A stretch of 64,000 bases of DNA from Micavibrio sp. UBA2400 (lineage in GTDB: Bacteria; Pseudomonadota; Alphaproteobacteria; UBA2400). The translations under genes and the position numbers were made by a program. Shown in pieces: positions 52,325 to 61,442 of the stretch. Each line of letters starts with the position of its first letter. Within the stretch, counting starts at the first letter, position 1. The stretch spans positions 40,596-104,595 of the forward strand of contig DDSC01000005.1 in assembly GCA_002343265.1 (NCBI GenBank), in the 5' to 3' direction. The notes below the pieces were generated by a model, which saw only the letters and a list, made by a program, of their open reading frames with translations, had not been told where the DNA came from and searched no databases.

Positions 52325-52927
52325 ATGATGCCCAATATTGGCCTTCTAAAACAGCGCGGATTTAATCTAATCGAGTCTGCTGTTGTTTTAGGGGTCGTCG
52401 GTCTAGTGATCGGTGGTATTTGGGGCGCTGCTTCGGCAATTTCTCTAGCCAATAAAACCAATCGTATAGTTAATGGAACGCTTGACGGAGTGAGGAATAT
52501 ACAAAAACTGATCAGTATTTCTGACTCCACGGCTATTGGAAATGCTGTTTATCTAGATGCTAACTTTCTCATATCTGCCTCGGTTTTTCCGGCTGATTTT
52601 TCTGTTAATGGTACAGTTGTTCATCCGGCTGGTGGTGCAATTACGGTTCGTAATTGGGCCGTTACACCACGCTCCTTTGATGTGATGGTTTCTGGACTTG
52701 AACGGTCACTTTGTATCAATATCTTGTACAAACTTCGAGGCATAATAGGTTCAGCAGATGGCTCAGATGGATGGAGAGAGTTATACGTTGGTAGTTCTAC
52801 TGGGGGCGGGGGTGAAAACGCGTGGATCAGTTTAACTGCCCTTAGGGCAATGGACCCATCCTCTACCTGCGCCTATTCTCCTTCTAATCGTATTCGTATG
52901 CGTTTCGCATATCGGCAAATTAAATAG
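52325..52927 (+). CDS. type IV pilin (PilS-like) with a prepilin cleavage motif
   Basis: QRG|FNLIESAVVLGVVGLVIGGIW; HPAGGAITV...FDVMVSGLERSLC resembles the PilS-type fold; 2 Cys; low GC. Confidence 0.8.
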   Translation: MMPNIGLLKQRGFNLIESAVVLGVVGLVIGGIWGAASAISLANKTNRIVNGTLDGVRNIQKLISISDSTAIGNAVYLDANFLISASVFPADFSVNGTVVHPAGGAITVRNWAVTPRSFDVMVSGLERSLCINILYKLRGIIGSADGSDGWRELYVGSSTGGGGENAWISLTALRAMDPSSTCAYSPSNRIRMRFAYRQIK

Positions 52928-53034
52928 ATTCAGTAAATCAAGAAAGCAAACTGTGGTGAGTAATGTGCTGCTTCCCCGCTTGCGCGGACTTGCAATGATT
53001 GACATGATGCACGGCGGGAGCCAGCGGAGGGAAC

Positions 53035-53877
53035 ATGAAAACGATCGGCATTATCGGGGCGGGGCAGATGGGGCGGGGCATTGCGCAGGTCTGCGCGGCG
53101 GCGGGCTGTGCCGTGATCCTGCAGGATATCAGTGCCGAGGCACTGACCAAAGCGGTGGCGCTGATCGATACCGGCCTTGGCAAGCTGGTGGCCAAAGGCA
53201 AGCTGGATGACGCGGGCAAGGCCGCCACGCTGGCGCGGCTGCGCACCACTACGGCGGTGGCCGATTTTGCAGCGTGCGATATGGTCATTGAAGCTGCCAC
53301 CGAAAACGAAGCGCTGAAGATCAAAATTCTGCAAAGTGTCGATGCCGTGCTGCCGCCCGCCGCGCTCATCGCCAGCAATACCAGCTCCATCTCCATCACC
53401 CGTCTGGCTGCCGCCACCGCGCGGTCCGATCGCTTCATTGGTATGCATTTCATGAATCCGGTACCGGTGATGCAACTGGTCGAGGTCATTCGTGGTCTGG
53501 CCACCAGTGATCAGACCTATAATGCTACCGTGCAACTGGCCGAAAAACTCGGCAAAACCGTCGCGCTGGCACAGGACTATCCCGGCTTTATCGTTAACCG
53601 CATCCTGATGCCGATGATTAATGAGGCCATCACTGCGCTGATGGAAGGCGTGGGTACGGCGCAGGCGATTGATGCCGGTATGAAGTTGGGCACAAACCAG
53701 CCCATGGGTCCGCTGGAGCTGGCCGACTTTATTGGGCTGGATACTTGCCTCGCCATTATGCGGGTGCTGCATGAGGGCTTGGGCGACAGCAAATACCGCC
53801 CGTGCCCGCTGCTGGTGAAGTATGTCGATGCCGGCTGGCTTGGCCGCAAGTCCGGCCGCGGTTTCTACAGCTACTAG
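53035..53877 (+). CDS. hbd: 3-hydroxybutyryl-CoA dehydrogenase
   Basis: GAGQMG, SNTSS, GMHFMNP, PGFIVNR, PMGPL. Confidence 0.92.
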   Translation: MKTIGIIGAGQMGRGIAQVCAAAGCAVILQDISAEALTKAVALIDTGLGKLVAKGKLDDAGKAATLARLRTTTAVADFAACDMVIEAATENEALKIKILQSVDAVLPPAALIASNTSSISITRLAAATARSDRFIGMHFMNPVPVMQLVEVIRGLATSDQTYNATVQLAEKLGKTVALAQDYPGFIVNRILMPMINEAITALMEGVGTAQAIDAGMKLGTNQPMGPLELADFIGLDTCLAIMRVLHEGLGDSKYRPCPLLVKYVDAGWLGRKSGRGFYSY

Positions 53878-54638
53878 CGCATCCGCAGCGTAAGATAAGC
53901 CGGGCCAGCCGCGATGCCGCTGCCGGGGCCGCCCCGCTCGCCATACTTCTTCTTCTCACGTGCCGGGGGGCGGTAGTCATTGAAGGACTGGGTTGGTTTC
54001 CCTTGTATCGCCGGGGTCGCCGCTAAAGAGAAAATGCTGACTGGCTGTGCCGGCATCTCAAGCTGTGTCGCTGTATCCGGCACGTCCCTCGCGTCAACGC
54101 GCAGGCAGCGGGCCCCAGTACGACTCTGGCCTTCCAAGGTGCGTATGATCTCGCCCTCCTCCTCGGGATTGTCGGCGGGCGCCGCCATAACCGGCCGGGG
54201 GCGCAGGGATTCTTCAATGCGGTTGGCCAGATGCAGTAGCCTGCGGTTTTTCGTCACCACTTCGCCGCTGGGGCGGTTCCAGTCGCGCAGCTTGTCCGGG
54301 GCCAGGCGGGGAGCAAGATCGCTGGACAGCAGCTCCGGCCAGATATCGAGCAGCAGTTCGAGGTTTCGCGCGACTTTGGTGGCAATCCCGTTGATGGACT
54401 TCTTGTCGTTCCAGTTTGGAGCTTCAAGTATCTCTATTTGCGAGAGGGTGAGGTCACGCAAGCCAGCAGCCGGAAAATCTGCGCGCAGCTCGCGCGTATT
54501 GCCAACCAGAAAGTAATAGACTTCGTCGAGTTTAGTGTTGAGGTATGACAGTTTCGTCTCGCGCCGGGCGTGGTCAACCCGGTTGGCATGGTAGGTACAG
54601 GTACCGGCAAGGCTTAAATCAATGGTTTTGTAAGTCAT
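53874..54638 (-). CDS. hypothetical protein
   Basis: RBS GGAGGAG; TTGACT-N18-TAAGTT promoter-like element. Confidence 0.65.
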   Translation of the reverse strand: MTYKTIDLSLAGTCTYHANRVDHARRETKLSYLNTKLDEVYYFLVGNTRELRADFPAAGLRDLTLSQIEILEAPNWNDKKSINGIATKVARNLELLLDIWPELLSSDLAPRLAPDKLRDWNRPSGEVVTKNRRLLHLANRIEESLRPRPVMAAPADNPEEEGEIIRTLEGQSRTGARCLRVDARDVPDTATQLEMPAQPVSIFSLAATPAIQGKPTQSFNDYRPPAREKKKYGERGGPGSGIAAGPAYLTLRMR

Positions 54639-54756
54639 GAGAACGCTCCTCCCGACGGAACTTAGTAAAAAAGGGTTCGCTAAGTCAATTCTCCTGTGTA
54701 AAAATGCTCTCGGTCAGCGGGATTTACCCGCCAAACGGTGTTGTTAAGGGTTTATC

Positions 54757-55497
54757 ATGAGCAAACGCAACGATTTTGAGGACGCCCCGCACATCGGCAG
54801 TGGCCGGGTCGGGCTGGTGGTCATGCGCGCGCAGCCGTTGCATCGTGGCCATGTCGCGCTGGTTAACCTCATGCGGTCCGACTGCGATCTGGCCATTGTC
54901 GCCTTCGGCTCGACCCAGCTGTCGCGCGTGGTGCGCAACCCGTTTACCTTTGAAGAGCGGGTGGACATGCTCAAGGCCGTGTTCGGTACCGGCGTGAAGC
55001 CGCTGCCACTGGTCGATATCGACAGTGGCGTGAATACCGATGACTGGGTTAATTATGTGCTGGAGAAAATCCGTAAACTGAACCTGCCTGAGCCAACCGA
55101 CTATTACTCCGGCTCGGTGCAGGATGCCAAATGGTATGTTAACCGCTTTGCCCAGCTGAGCGACCCGATGCAGGAAGTGGGTTTTGTGAAAAGCTATCAG
55201 GGGGCCACCGGCAAGCGCCTGCATATCATGGACCGCAGCATGTACCGCCTGCCGCCAGCCGAGGAAATCCGCTCGCTGATCGAGCGGCGCGACGAGGAAT
55301 GGAAACAGTATATTCCGGCTCGGTTGATAGACTACGTGGAGTGGAATTATCCCGCCGAGCTGCGCGTGGCCCTGTCGGGCGAGAAGCTGCCGGCTGGTGA
55401 TGCCTATCCGGTGGGCACACGCTTCTCGCTTAAAGGCAAAGATGGCCCGCAGTTGTATCGTCTGCATGATGATGGCAAGTGGCGGCTGGCGGCATAA
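54757..55497 (+). CDS. NadM-like nicotinamide-nucleotide adenylyltransferase (HxGH nucleotidyltransferase)
   Basis: MRAQPLHRGH, FGS, RNPFTFEER. Confidence 0.75.
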   Translation: MSKRNDFEDAPHIGSGRVGLVVMRAQPLHRGHVALVNLMRSDCDLAIVAFGSTQLSRVVRNPFTFEERVDMLKAVFGTGVKPLPLVDIDSGVNTDDWVNYVLEKIRKLNLPEPTDYYSGSVQDAKWYVNRFAQLSDPMQEVGFVKSYQGATGKRLHIMDRSMYRLPPAEEIRSLIERRDEEWKQYIPARLIDYVEWNYPAELRVALSGEKLPAGDAYPVGTRFSLKGKDGPQLYRLHDDGKWRLAA

Positions 55498-55509
55498 ACC
55501 GCCTGCCTC

Positions 55510-56700
55510 TTAGACGGCTTGTCCAACCGCCCAGCCGCTGGCCCACGCCCATTGGAAGTTATAGCCGCCCAGATGGCCGGTGACGTCCAGCACCTCGCCC
55601 GCCGCATACAGGCCGGGCACTGTGTTGCTCATCAGTGTTTTGGATGAAAAGCCGGTGGTATCGATCCCGCCTAGCGTTACCTCGGCGGTGCGGTAGCCTT
55701 CGCTACCGGCCGGGAGAACGTCCCAGGCGCAGATCTGTCTGGTGATGGTTTTCAGCTTGTCGTCGTTCAAATCAGCCATGCGGCCATCATAGCCACTCTT
55801 GAGCGCCAGCCGCTCGGCCAGCCGCTCGGGTAACCACTGGGCCAGCACGGTACGCAGCTGCTTTTTGGCATCATTCTGGCGCGCCTGTTTCAGGGCGGCC
55901 AGCAGGTCGAGATCCGGCAGCAGATTGAGGGTAATCGCTTGCCCCTCGCGCCAGTAGGACGAGATCTGCAGGATCGCCGGACCCGACAGGCCGCGATGGG
56001 TGAACAGCAGCGCCTCGCGAAAGCAAGTGCCATCTTCGCTCTTTACCTCCACCGGGTCGAGCGCAACGCCCGCCAGATCGGCGGTTTCTTCCAGCGTACG
56101 GCCGGTAAAGGTGAGCGGTACCAGCGCCGCACGAGTGGGGATGATGCTGTGGCCGAACTGCCGGGCTAACTCATAGCCAAAGCTGGTCGCCCCCATCTTG
56201 GGGATGGAGAGGCCGCCGCTGGCAATCACCAGAGCGCTGGTTTCCAATGGGCCTGCCAAGGTGGACACCCGAAAACCGCTCTCCGCCTTCTCGACAGCCG
56301 TGACGCTGCAGCCAGTGGCGAGCTGTACACCAGCGGCCTGACATTCCGCCAGCAGCATGTTGACGATCTGCACGGCCGAGCCATCGCAAAAAAGCTGACC
56401 CAAGGTTTTTTCATGCCAGCTGATATGATAGCGGTTCACCAGCGCGATGATGTCCTGCGGCGTGTAGCGCCCAAGCGCCGATTTGCAGAAATGCGGATTA
56501 TGCGACAGGTAGTTGGCGGGCGTGGTGCGGCTGTTGGTGAAGTTACAGCGCCCGCCACCCGAGATGCGGATTTTTTCGCCCGGCTTGTCGGTATGCTCGA
56601 TCAGCACCACGCGCTTGCCGCGCTGCCCGGCGGTGAGGGCCGCCATCAGCCCGGCCGCGCCCGCGCCGAGTATCAGGACATCACGGGTGGCAACTATCAT
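55510..56700 (-). CDS. HI0933/BaiN-family flavoprotein
   Basis: GAGAAG, KIRISGGGRCNFTN, GGYNFQWAWASG. Confidence 0.93.
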   Translation of the reverse strand: MIVATRDVLILGAGAAGLMAALTAGQRGKRVVLIEHTDKPGEKIRISGGGRCNFTNSRTTPANYLSHNPHFCKSALGRYTPQDIIALVNRYHISWHEKTLGQLFCDGSAVQIVNMLLAECQAAGVQLATGCSVTAVEKAESGFRVSTLAGPLETSALVIASGGLSIPKMGATSFGYELARQFGHSIIPTRAALVPLTFTGRTLEETADLAGVALDPVEVKSEDGTCFREALLFTHRGLSGPAILQISSYWREGQAITLNLLPDLDLLAALKQARQNDAKKQLRTVLAQWLPERLAERLALKSGYDGRMADLNDDKLKTITRQICAWDVLPAGSEGYRTAEVTLGGIDTTGFSSKTLMSNTVPGLYAAGEVLDVTGHLGGYNFQWAWASGWAVGQAV

Positions 56701-59000
56701 CAGGGATCAACAAAACAGAGCAGGCGGAGCTGTCGGTCGCAACTGCGCTGGTAGCCGGCCGCCCCTTTACTCCATCGACCGACATACACTTCATTCGGAT
56801 CGCCCCAGATCCCCGTTAACGCCGAGCTGTTGCTGGTAAACTGAACGCCGCCACTCGCGCATCCATCGCCACCAAAGGTGCCGACCCCATCATCCAGATA
56901 GACCCAAGCCCGGTTCGTCCAGTAGGGGGCGGCTGTATTAAAATAGTTCAGCCCCGACCATGTCCGGTTGGTGAGAGGCCAGCTGCCAGCGCTATCTGTT
57001 TTGTTAACGGCACCACCAGCTGTCGTATCGCCGGAGGTGGCAAACGTATAATTAGTTAATGGCAGCCCGTTTGTGCAAAAATCAGTCCCGGCACAGAGAA
57101 ACGCCCGCACCTTGCTTTCCACCAGCAGGCTGCGCGCTACGGCATCGGCTTTGCCGTTCCAGTTATTGGCAGTGAGGTCGGCCAGACATTTGGCATGGGC
57201 GCCATCCAGCCCGCCGAGGTTACCGTCCCAACTGCCTGCAGTCATGACAAAATAGCCACCAGTTGCCGGGCCAACCGGATAGGCTGCGCCGCTTGGGGCA
57301 GTTTGGGGCTGGAGCCAGGTGGTGTTGGCGCATAAATCCATCGTAGCATCAGTTGTGTTGAGGCGGATTGAACCGGAGCGAACTGAGGCACAGGTCGGCC
57401 GCTGGGCGGTGGTGCCAACGGCAATACGCACCGAGTTGGTTTGTGAGCTAACGTCAAAGGAAATTCCACCCGCAAGAGCCGCCGGTGGGCCGATTTGTAG
57501 ACGGGCACCTACCCCCATTATACCCACAGTGCCGGATAGTAGATCACCGATGTTGAAAAAATTTGAGGCCGAACCTAACAAGGAATTCGCATTGGCTCCG
57601 ATCAAGATGCTACCACTCATCGATGTGGCGTCATACCCAGCGCGATAGCCAATCGCCACATTAAGCATGCTGATAGTACTCACATTATATAACGCCTCAG
57701 CGCCAATAGCGGTTTGACTAGAACCAATCCCGTTAAAGGCCCCACCAATACTAGCCCCAACCAGTGTGTTGCGCTGCTGGCAGTAGTAAGCCGAGGTTTG
57801 GTAGCCTATATTCACGCTCTCCACGTTACCCCAGTCAGTCCCGACGCTATTAATGCAGGCCCCGGCCTGCGAGCCGATGGCGACAATCTTGCTGCCGGTG
57901 GCATGTTTTCCCGCTTCATAGCCGATATATGTGTTCCACTCCCCGGTCTGGTTGATGTAGCCGGCGCGGGTGCCAATGGCCGTATTGCCACGCCCGGTGG
58001 AATTGTCGACCAGCGCTTGGGTACCCACGGCGGTGTTGCTGGTACCGGTATTGTTAATATGGGTCGAACTGCTTAGCAGGGCCTGATAGCCAATCGCCGT
58101 ATTGTGGGAATAGGTCGTGACCGGGTTGGAGCGCCCGAGCGCCTGATAGCCAATGCCGGTCATCGCACCCCCGGCTGTGCTGGTCGCTCCGGCATCCTGC
58201 CCCAGAAAAACATTATAGAGCGTGGCGTAGTTGGTTTTGCCATCGCTTAGTCCGTCAATATCCGTCGCACCCGCACCGCCACTGCCAATGCCACCACCAC
58301 CACTCGCATTAACGGGCGTGAGGTTAACCAGCATTGCCAGCCGCCCGGCTGTAGCCTGGGCACCAATCCCGGCCCAGCCCGTGCTGGTTAGGTCGATCTG
58401 CCAAGCGCCGTTGGCCCCTTGGGCTGTTGTCGCCGCGGTTGGGGCCGCGGGGTTGCTGTCGGCGTACAAAAAGCCACCTGCTGGTGCCAGCAGAGAAGCG
58501 ACACGCGCCCCCGTTGTATCACTGATGAGGACTCCACCCGCGGTAATCAGAAGCCCGACCAGCTTGTCATCATCGTCCGGACTGCCCAAGGTGCCGCCAT
58601 CCTCGCGCCGGACGTAGAGCTGATAAGCCTGGCCATAGCCATTACGGTTGGCAAAGGCCTCGGGTAAATAGCCCGCGCCCTGCACGCTGTCCGTGGTATC
58701 GCCCGTGTCGCTGTCCTGAATTTTTACGCGTACCACGCTGTTAAGGGTGGCTAGGCCACCCAGCGCCAGCAGGCTGCTGCGCTGCATATTAATATATTGC
58801 TGGCTGGCCGCGCTAACGGCCAGCGCCTGACTGGCCATGGTGGCGGCGTCCCGGTTCTGACTGGCGGTACCCAGCATCTGCCACACGCCGGCCATCAGCG
58901 TACCGGCGACACCCAGTGTGATGGCCATTTCGAGCAGGGAAAAACCACGCTGGCGGGATGGGCGAGGCAGAGTGTGCATCATGGCGGGCCGAATCCTCAT
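56700..59000 (-). CDS. prepilin-type adhesin 2: shufflon PilV-like N-domain, fibre repeats, DUF1554-like C-domain
   Basis: QRG|FSLLEM; GYLPEAFANRNGYGQAY; NTAIGYQAL repeats; VGTTAQRPTC; WDGNLGGLDGAHAKC...LLCFVDP. Confidence 0.8.
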   Translation of the reverse strand: MRIRPAMMHTLPRPSRQRGFSLLEMAITLGVAGTLMAGVWQMLGTASQNRDAATMASQALAVSAASQQYINMQRSSLLALGGLATLNSVVRVKIQDSDTGDTTDSVQGAGYLPEAFANRNGYGQAYQLYVRREDGGTLGSPDDDDKLVGLLITAGGVLISDTTGARVASLLAPAGGFLYADSNPAAPTAATTAQGANGAWQIDLTSTGWAGIGAQATAGRLAMLVNLTPVNASGGGGIGSGGAGATDIDGLSDGKTNYATLYNVFLGQDAGATSTAGGAMTGIGYQALGRSNPVTTYSHNTAIGYQALLSSSTHINNTGTSNTAVGTQALVDNSTGRGNTAIGTRAGYINQTGEWNTYIGYEAGKHATGSKIVAIGSQAGACINSVGTDWGNVESVNIGYQTSAYYCQQRNTLVGASIGGAFNGIGSSQTAIGAEALYNVSTISMLNVAIGYRAGYDATSMSGSILIGANANSLLGSASNFFNIGDLLSGTVGIMGVGARLQIGPPAALAGGISFDVSSQTNSVRIAVGTTAQRPTCASVRSGSIRLNTTDATMDLCANTTWLQPQTAPSGAAYPVGPATGGYFVMTAGSWDGNLGGLDGAHAKCLADLTANNWNGKADAVARSLLVESKVRAFLCAGTDFCTNGLPLTNYTFATSGDTTAGGAVNKTDSAGSWPLTNRTWSGLNYFNTAAPYWTNRAWVYLDDGVGTFGGDGCASGGVQFTSNSSALTGIWGDPNEVYVGRWSKGAAGYQRSCDRQLRLLCFVDP

Positions 59001-61282
59001 GGGTCAACAAAGCAGACAAGGGCCTGCGCAGTGTTGCAGGTTGCGCTGCCGCCCCCGGTGCAACCGAAGCGCGATGCATTGGTGCTGTTGGGATTGCCCA
59101 GCCAACCCGAGATGGCACCACTATTGCTGGTGAAGTTGCTGCAATTCCCGCCGCCACAGTAGAACTTTGCTTCGTTTAGTGACCAAGTCGTGCTGCTGGA
59201 TCCGTAGCGGTTGGCCCAGTAAGTCTGGCTGGTGTTAAAGTAAGTTGCGCCTGACCAGTTATTGACATCTTCATTCGGCCCGGCTCCGGCTGAATCGGTT
59301 GTAAAGGTTGCGCCACCGGCTGCTAGGTCGCCAGAGCGGGCAAAGGCATAAGTTGTCAGGGTTCGCCCCTGACTGCAGGTGTCTCCTACTCCCATAGCGG
59401 ATTCTCCACAGATAAAGGCCCGCACCTTATCCGCCACCAGAAGGTTGCGCGAGACCGCGTCGGCCTTGCCGTTCCAGTCATTCGCGGTCAAATCACTTAA
59501 GCATTTGTCATCGGCGCCCTGAAAGCCCCCCAGATTGCCATCCCACGTGCCAGCCGTCAGGACAAAATAACCGGTGGTCGATGGTGCAGATGGGGCCGGA
59601 GCCGAACTGGCGGATACCGTGGTCGCCTGTACCCAGGCGCTTCCGTTACAAAATTCCAACAAATGGAGCGAGCTGTTCATGCGCATGGCACCGAGGCGAT
59701 CGACCTCACAGGTGGGGCGCTGTGCCGTGGTGCCAACCGCTACCTGGAAGGCGTTGTTGAAGGAGCCGACATCAAAGGCAATGCCCGGCACCAATGTGCT
59801 GTTGGCCAGCCGCACCTGCTTGGTGCTGGTGTTGCCGTAGATAAAGTTGCCGATATTCAGCTGATTGCTTCCGGTCGCCGATGGCGCATCGACATCGCGG
59901 CCGATGATGATGTTGTTGCTGCCAGTGGTAATATTATCGCCAGCACGATAGCCTATGGCGACGTTGTAGTTGCCGCCTACGCCGACGTTCCTGAGAGCTT
60001 CGTAGCCAACAGCGACGTTATAATCGCCCATCCCAGCTGGGTTCAGAGTTGCGCGTGCGCCAATGGAAGTGTTGTAGCGACCTGGATACATTCCTGTTGA
60101 GTTGCCGATATATGTTGAATATGAGCCATCTAGTGCTGAGACAGCAGCTCCATCACCTATAGCTGTTAGGCCTGGACTATTATTGCTACTCCCTGTTCCG
60201 GATCCAATGGTGACCCTGTCCGATGCTGTTGTAGTTTGCTGACTGTTAACAAATCCTATTGCAACATTGCGCGCCCCCGAAGTTAGATTAAGTAGCGCCT
60301 CACTACCTAAGGCAATATTATCATGCCCTGTATTGCTTGCCGGAGTTGCGCTACCGCGCAGGGCCAGATAACCAACAGCGACGTTGTTGCCAGTTCCGGC
60401 CCCCGGCATCATGTTTTTCATGGCCTCATAGCCGACCGCGATATTCTTTTCGCCATCGACATTCTCGGCCCCGGCGTCCTGACCTAAAAAGAGATTATAC
60501 AGAGTGTTATAGTCGGCAGCGGCATCGTTCAGCCCGTCAATATTGGATGAGCCGCCGCCCCCGCCTGCGTTTCCGCCCACGCCGCCGCTACCGCTGGTGT
60601 TTTTGGGGGTAAGATTCGTCAGCAGGGCCAGATGCCCGGCGGTAGCTGTTGCACCGATGGTGGACCAGCCCGCTGCGGTCAGGTCAATGGTCCAGCCGCC
60701 CCCCGCGCCGCGAATGCTGGTGGCTGCGGTGGGCGGGGCGGGGTTGTCCTCACGATAGAGAAACCCGCCCGGTGCACCGATGATTGACACCACGCGGGTA
60801 CCAGTCGTGTCGGCAATCGTGGCGCCGCCCGTGCTAATTACAAGCCCAACCAGACGATCGTTTGCATCCGCGCTGCCCAGCGTCCCGCCATCCTCGCGCC
60901 GGACATACAGGTGATAGGTCTGGCCATAACTGTTCTGATTGACATAGGCGAGGGGGAGATACCCCGCACCTTGAACACTGGTGGCGGTAGCCCCGGTGTC
61001 ACTATCAAGAATCTTGATGCGCACCACGTCGTTCAGGTTTGCAAGGCCGCCCAGTGCCAGCAGTGTGGTACGTTGGGCTGTAATATACTGCTGGCTGGCC
61101 GCGCTGAGAGCCAAGGCCTGACTGGCTAAACCCGCGGCCTCCCGCACCTGATTGCCGGTGCCTAGCAACTGCCACACGCCCGCCAGAACCGTCCCGGCAA
61201 CGCCGAGAGTCACCACCATTTCGAGGAGCGAAAACCCACGCCGACACTGTCGGGAATGATGCTGAGTGCAAGATAATTCCAT
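58997..61282 (-). CDS. prepilin-type adhesin 1: shufflon PilV-like N-domain, fibre repeats, DUF1554-like C-domain
   Basis: RRG|FSLLEM; GYLPLAYVNQNSYGQTY; NVAVGYEAL repeats; VGTTAQRPTC; WDGNLGGFQGADDKC...LVCFVDP. Confidence 0.8.
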   Translation of the reverse strand: MELSCTQHHSRQCRRGFSLLEMVVTLGVAGTVLAGVWQLLGTGNQVREAAGLASQALALSAASQQYITAQRTTLLALGGLANLNDVVRIKILDSDTGATATSVQGAGYLPLAYVNQNSYGQTYHLYVRREDGGTLGSADANDRLVGLVISTGGATIADTTGTRVVSIIGAPGGFLYREDNPAPPTAATSIRGAGGGWTIDLTAAGWSTIGATATAGHLALLTNLTPKNTSGSGGVGGNAGGGGGSSNIDGLNDAAADYNTLYNLFLGQDAGAENVDGEKNIAVGYEAMKNMMPGAGTGNNVAVGYLALRGSATPASNTGHDNIALGSEALLNLTSGARNVAIGFVNSQQTTTASDRVTIGSGTGSSNNSPGLTAIGDGAAVSALDGSYSTYIGNSTGMYPGRYNTSIGARATLNPAGMGDYNVAVGYEALRNVGVGGNYNVAIGYRAGDNITTGSNNIIIGRDVDAPSATGSNQLNIGNFIYGNTSTKQVRLANSTLVPGIAFDVGSFNNAFQVAVGTTAQRPTCEVDRLGAMRMNSSLHLLEFCNGSAWVQATTVSASSAPAPSAPSTTGYFVLTAGTWDGNLGGFQGADDKCLSDLTANDWNGKADAVSRNLLVADKVRAFICGESAMGVGDTCSQGRTLTTYAFARSGDLAAGGATFTTDSAGAGPNEDVNNWSGATYFNTSQTYWANRYGSSSTTWSLNEAKFYCGGGNCSNFTSNSGAISGWLGNPNSTNASRFGCTGGGSATCNTAQALVCFVDP

Positions 61283-61288
61283 GCTTGG

Positions 61289-61317
61289 ATTGTCCGATTT
61301 TCCGCCTCTCGGGTCAA
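61289..61317 (-). promoter_or_regulatory. sigma70 promoter of the adhesin operon (apparently leaderless)
   Basis: TTGACC-N17-GACAAT, 6 nt before ATG 61282. Confidence 0.6.
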
Positions 61318-61442
61318 GGCATTAACAGTGCTTTTAACTGTGCGTAAACCCTAACAGTTGTTCAGACTGTGCAGAGGTCGGGTCGCCAGCACATAGGGCT
61401 GCCCTTTCAGCCAGAGGGTTTCTGTGAGATAACCACGCTGTC

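Noticed and set aside
56700-61282. Active shufflon or diversity-generating retroelement acting on the adhesins
   Set aside because: There is no tyrosine recombinase, inverted partial C-terminal cassette, reverse transcriptase, or near-identical TR/VR pair differing at adenines in this window. Both genes are full length and in the same orientation.
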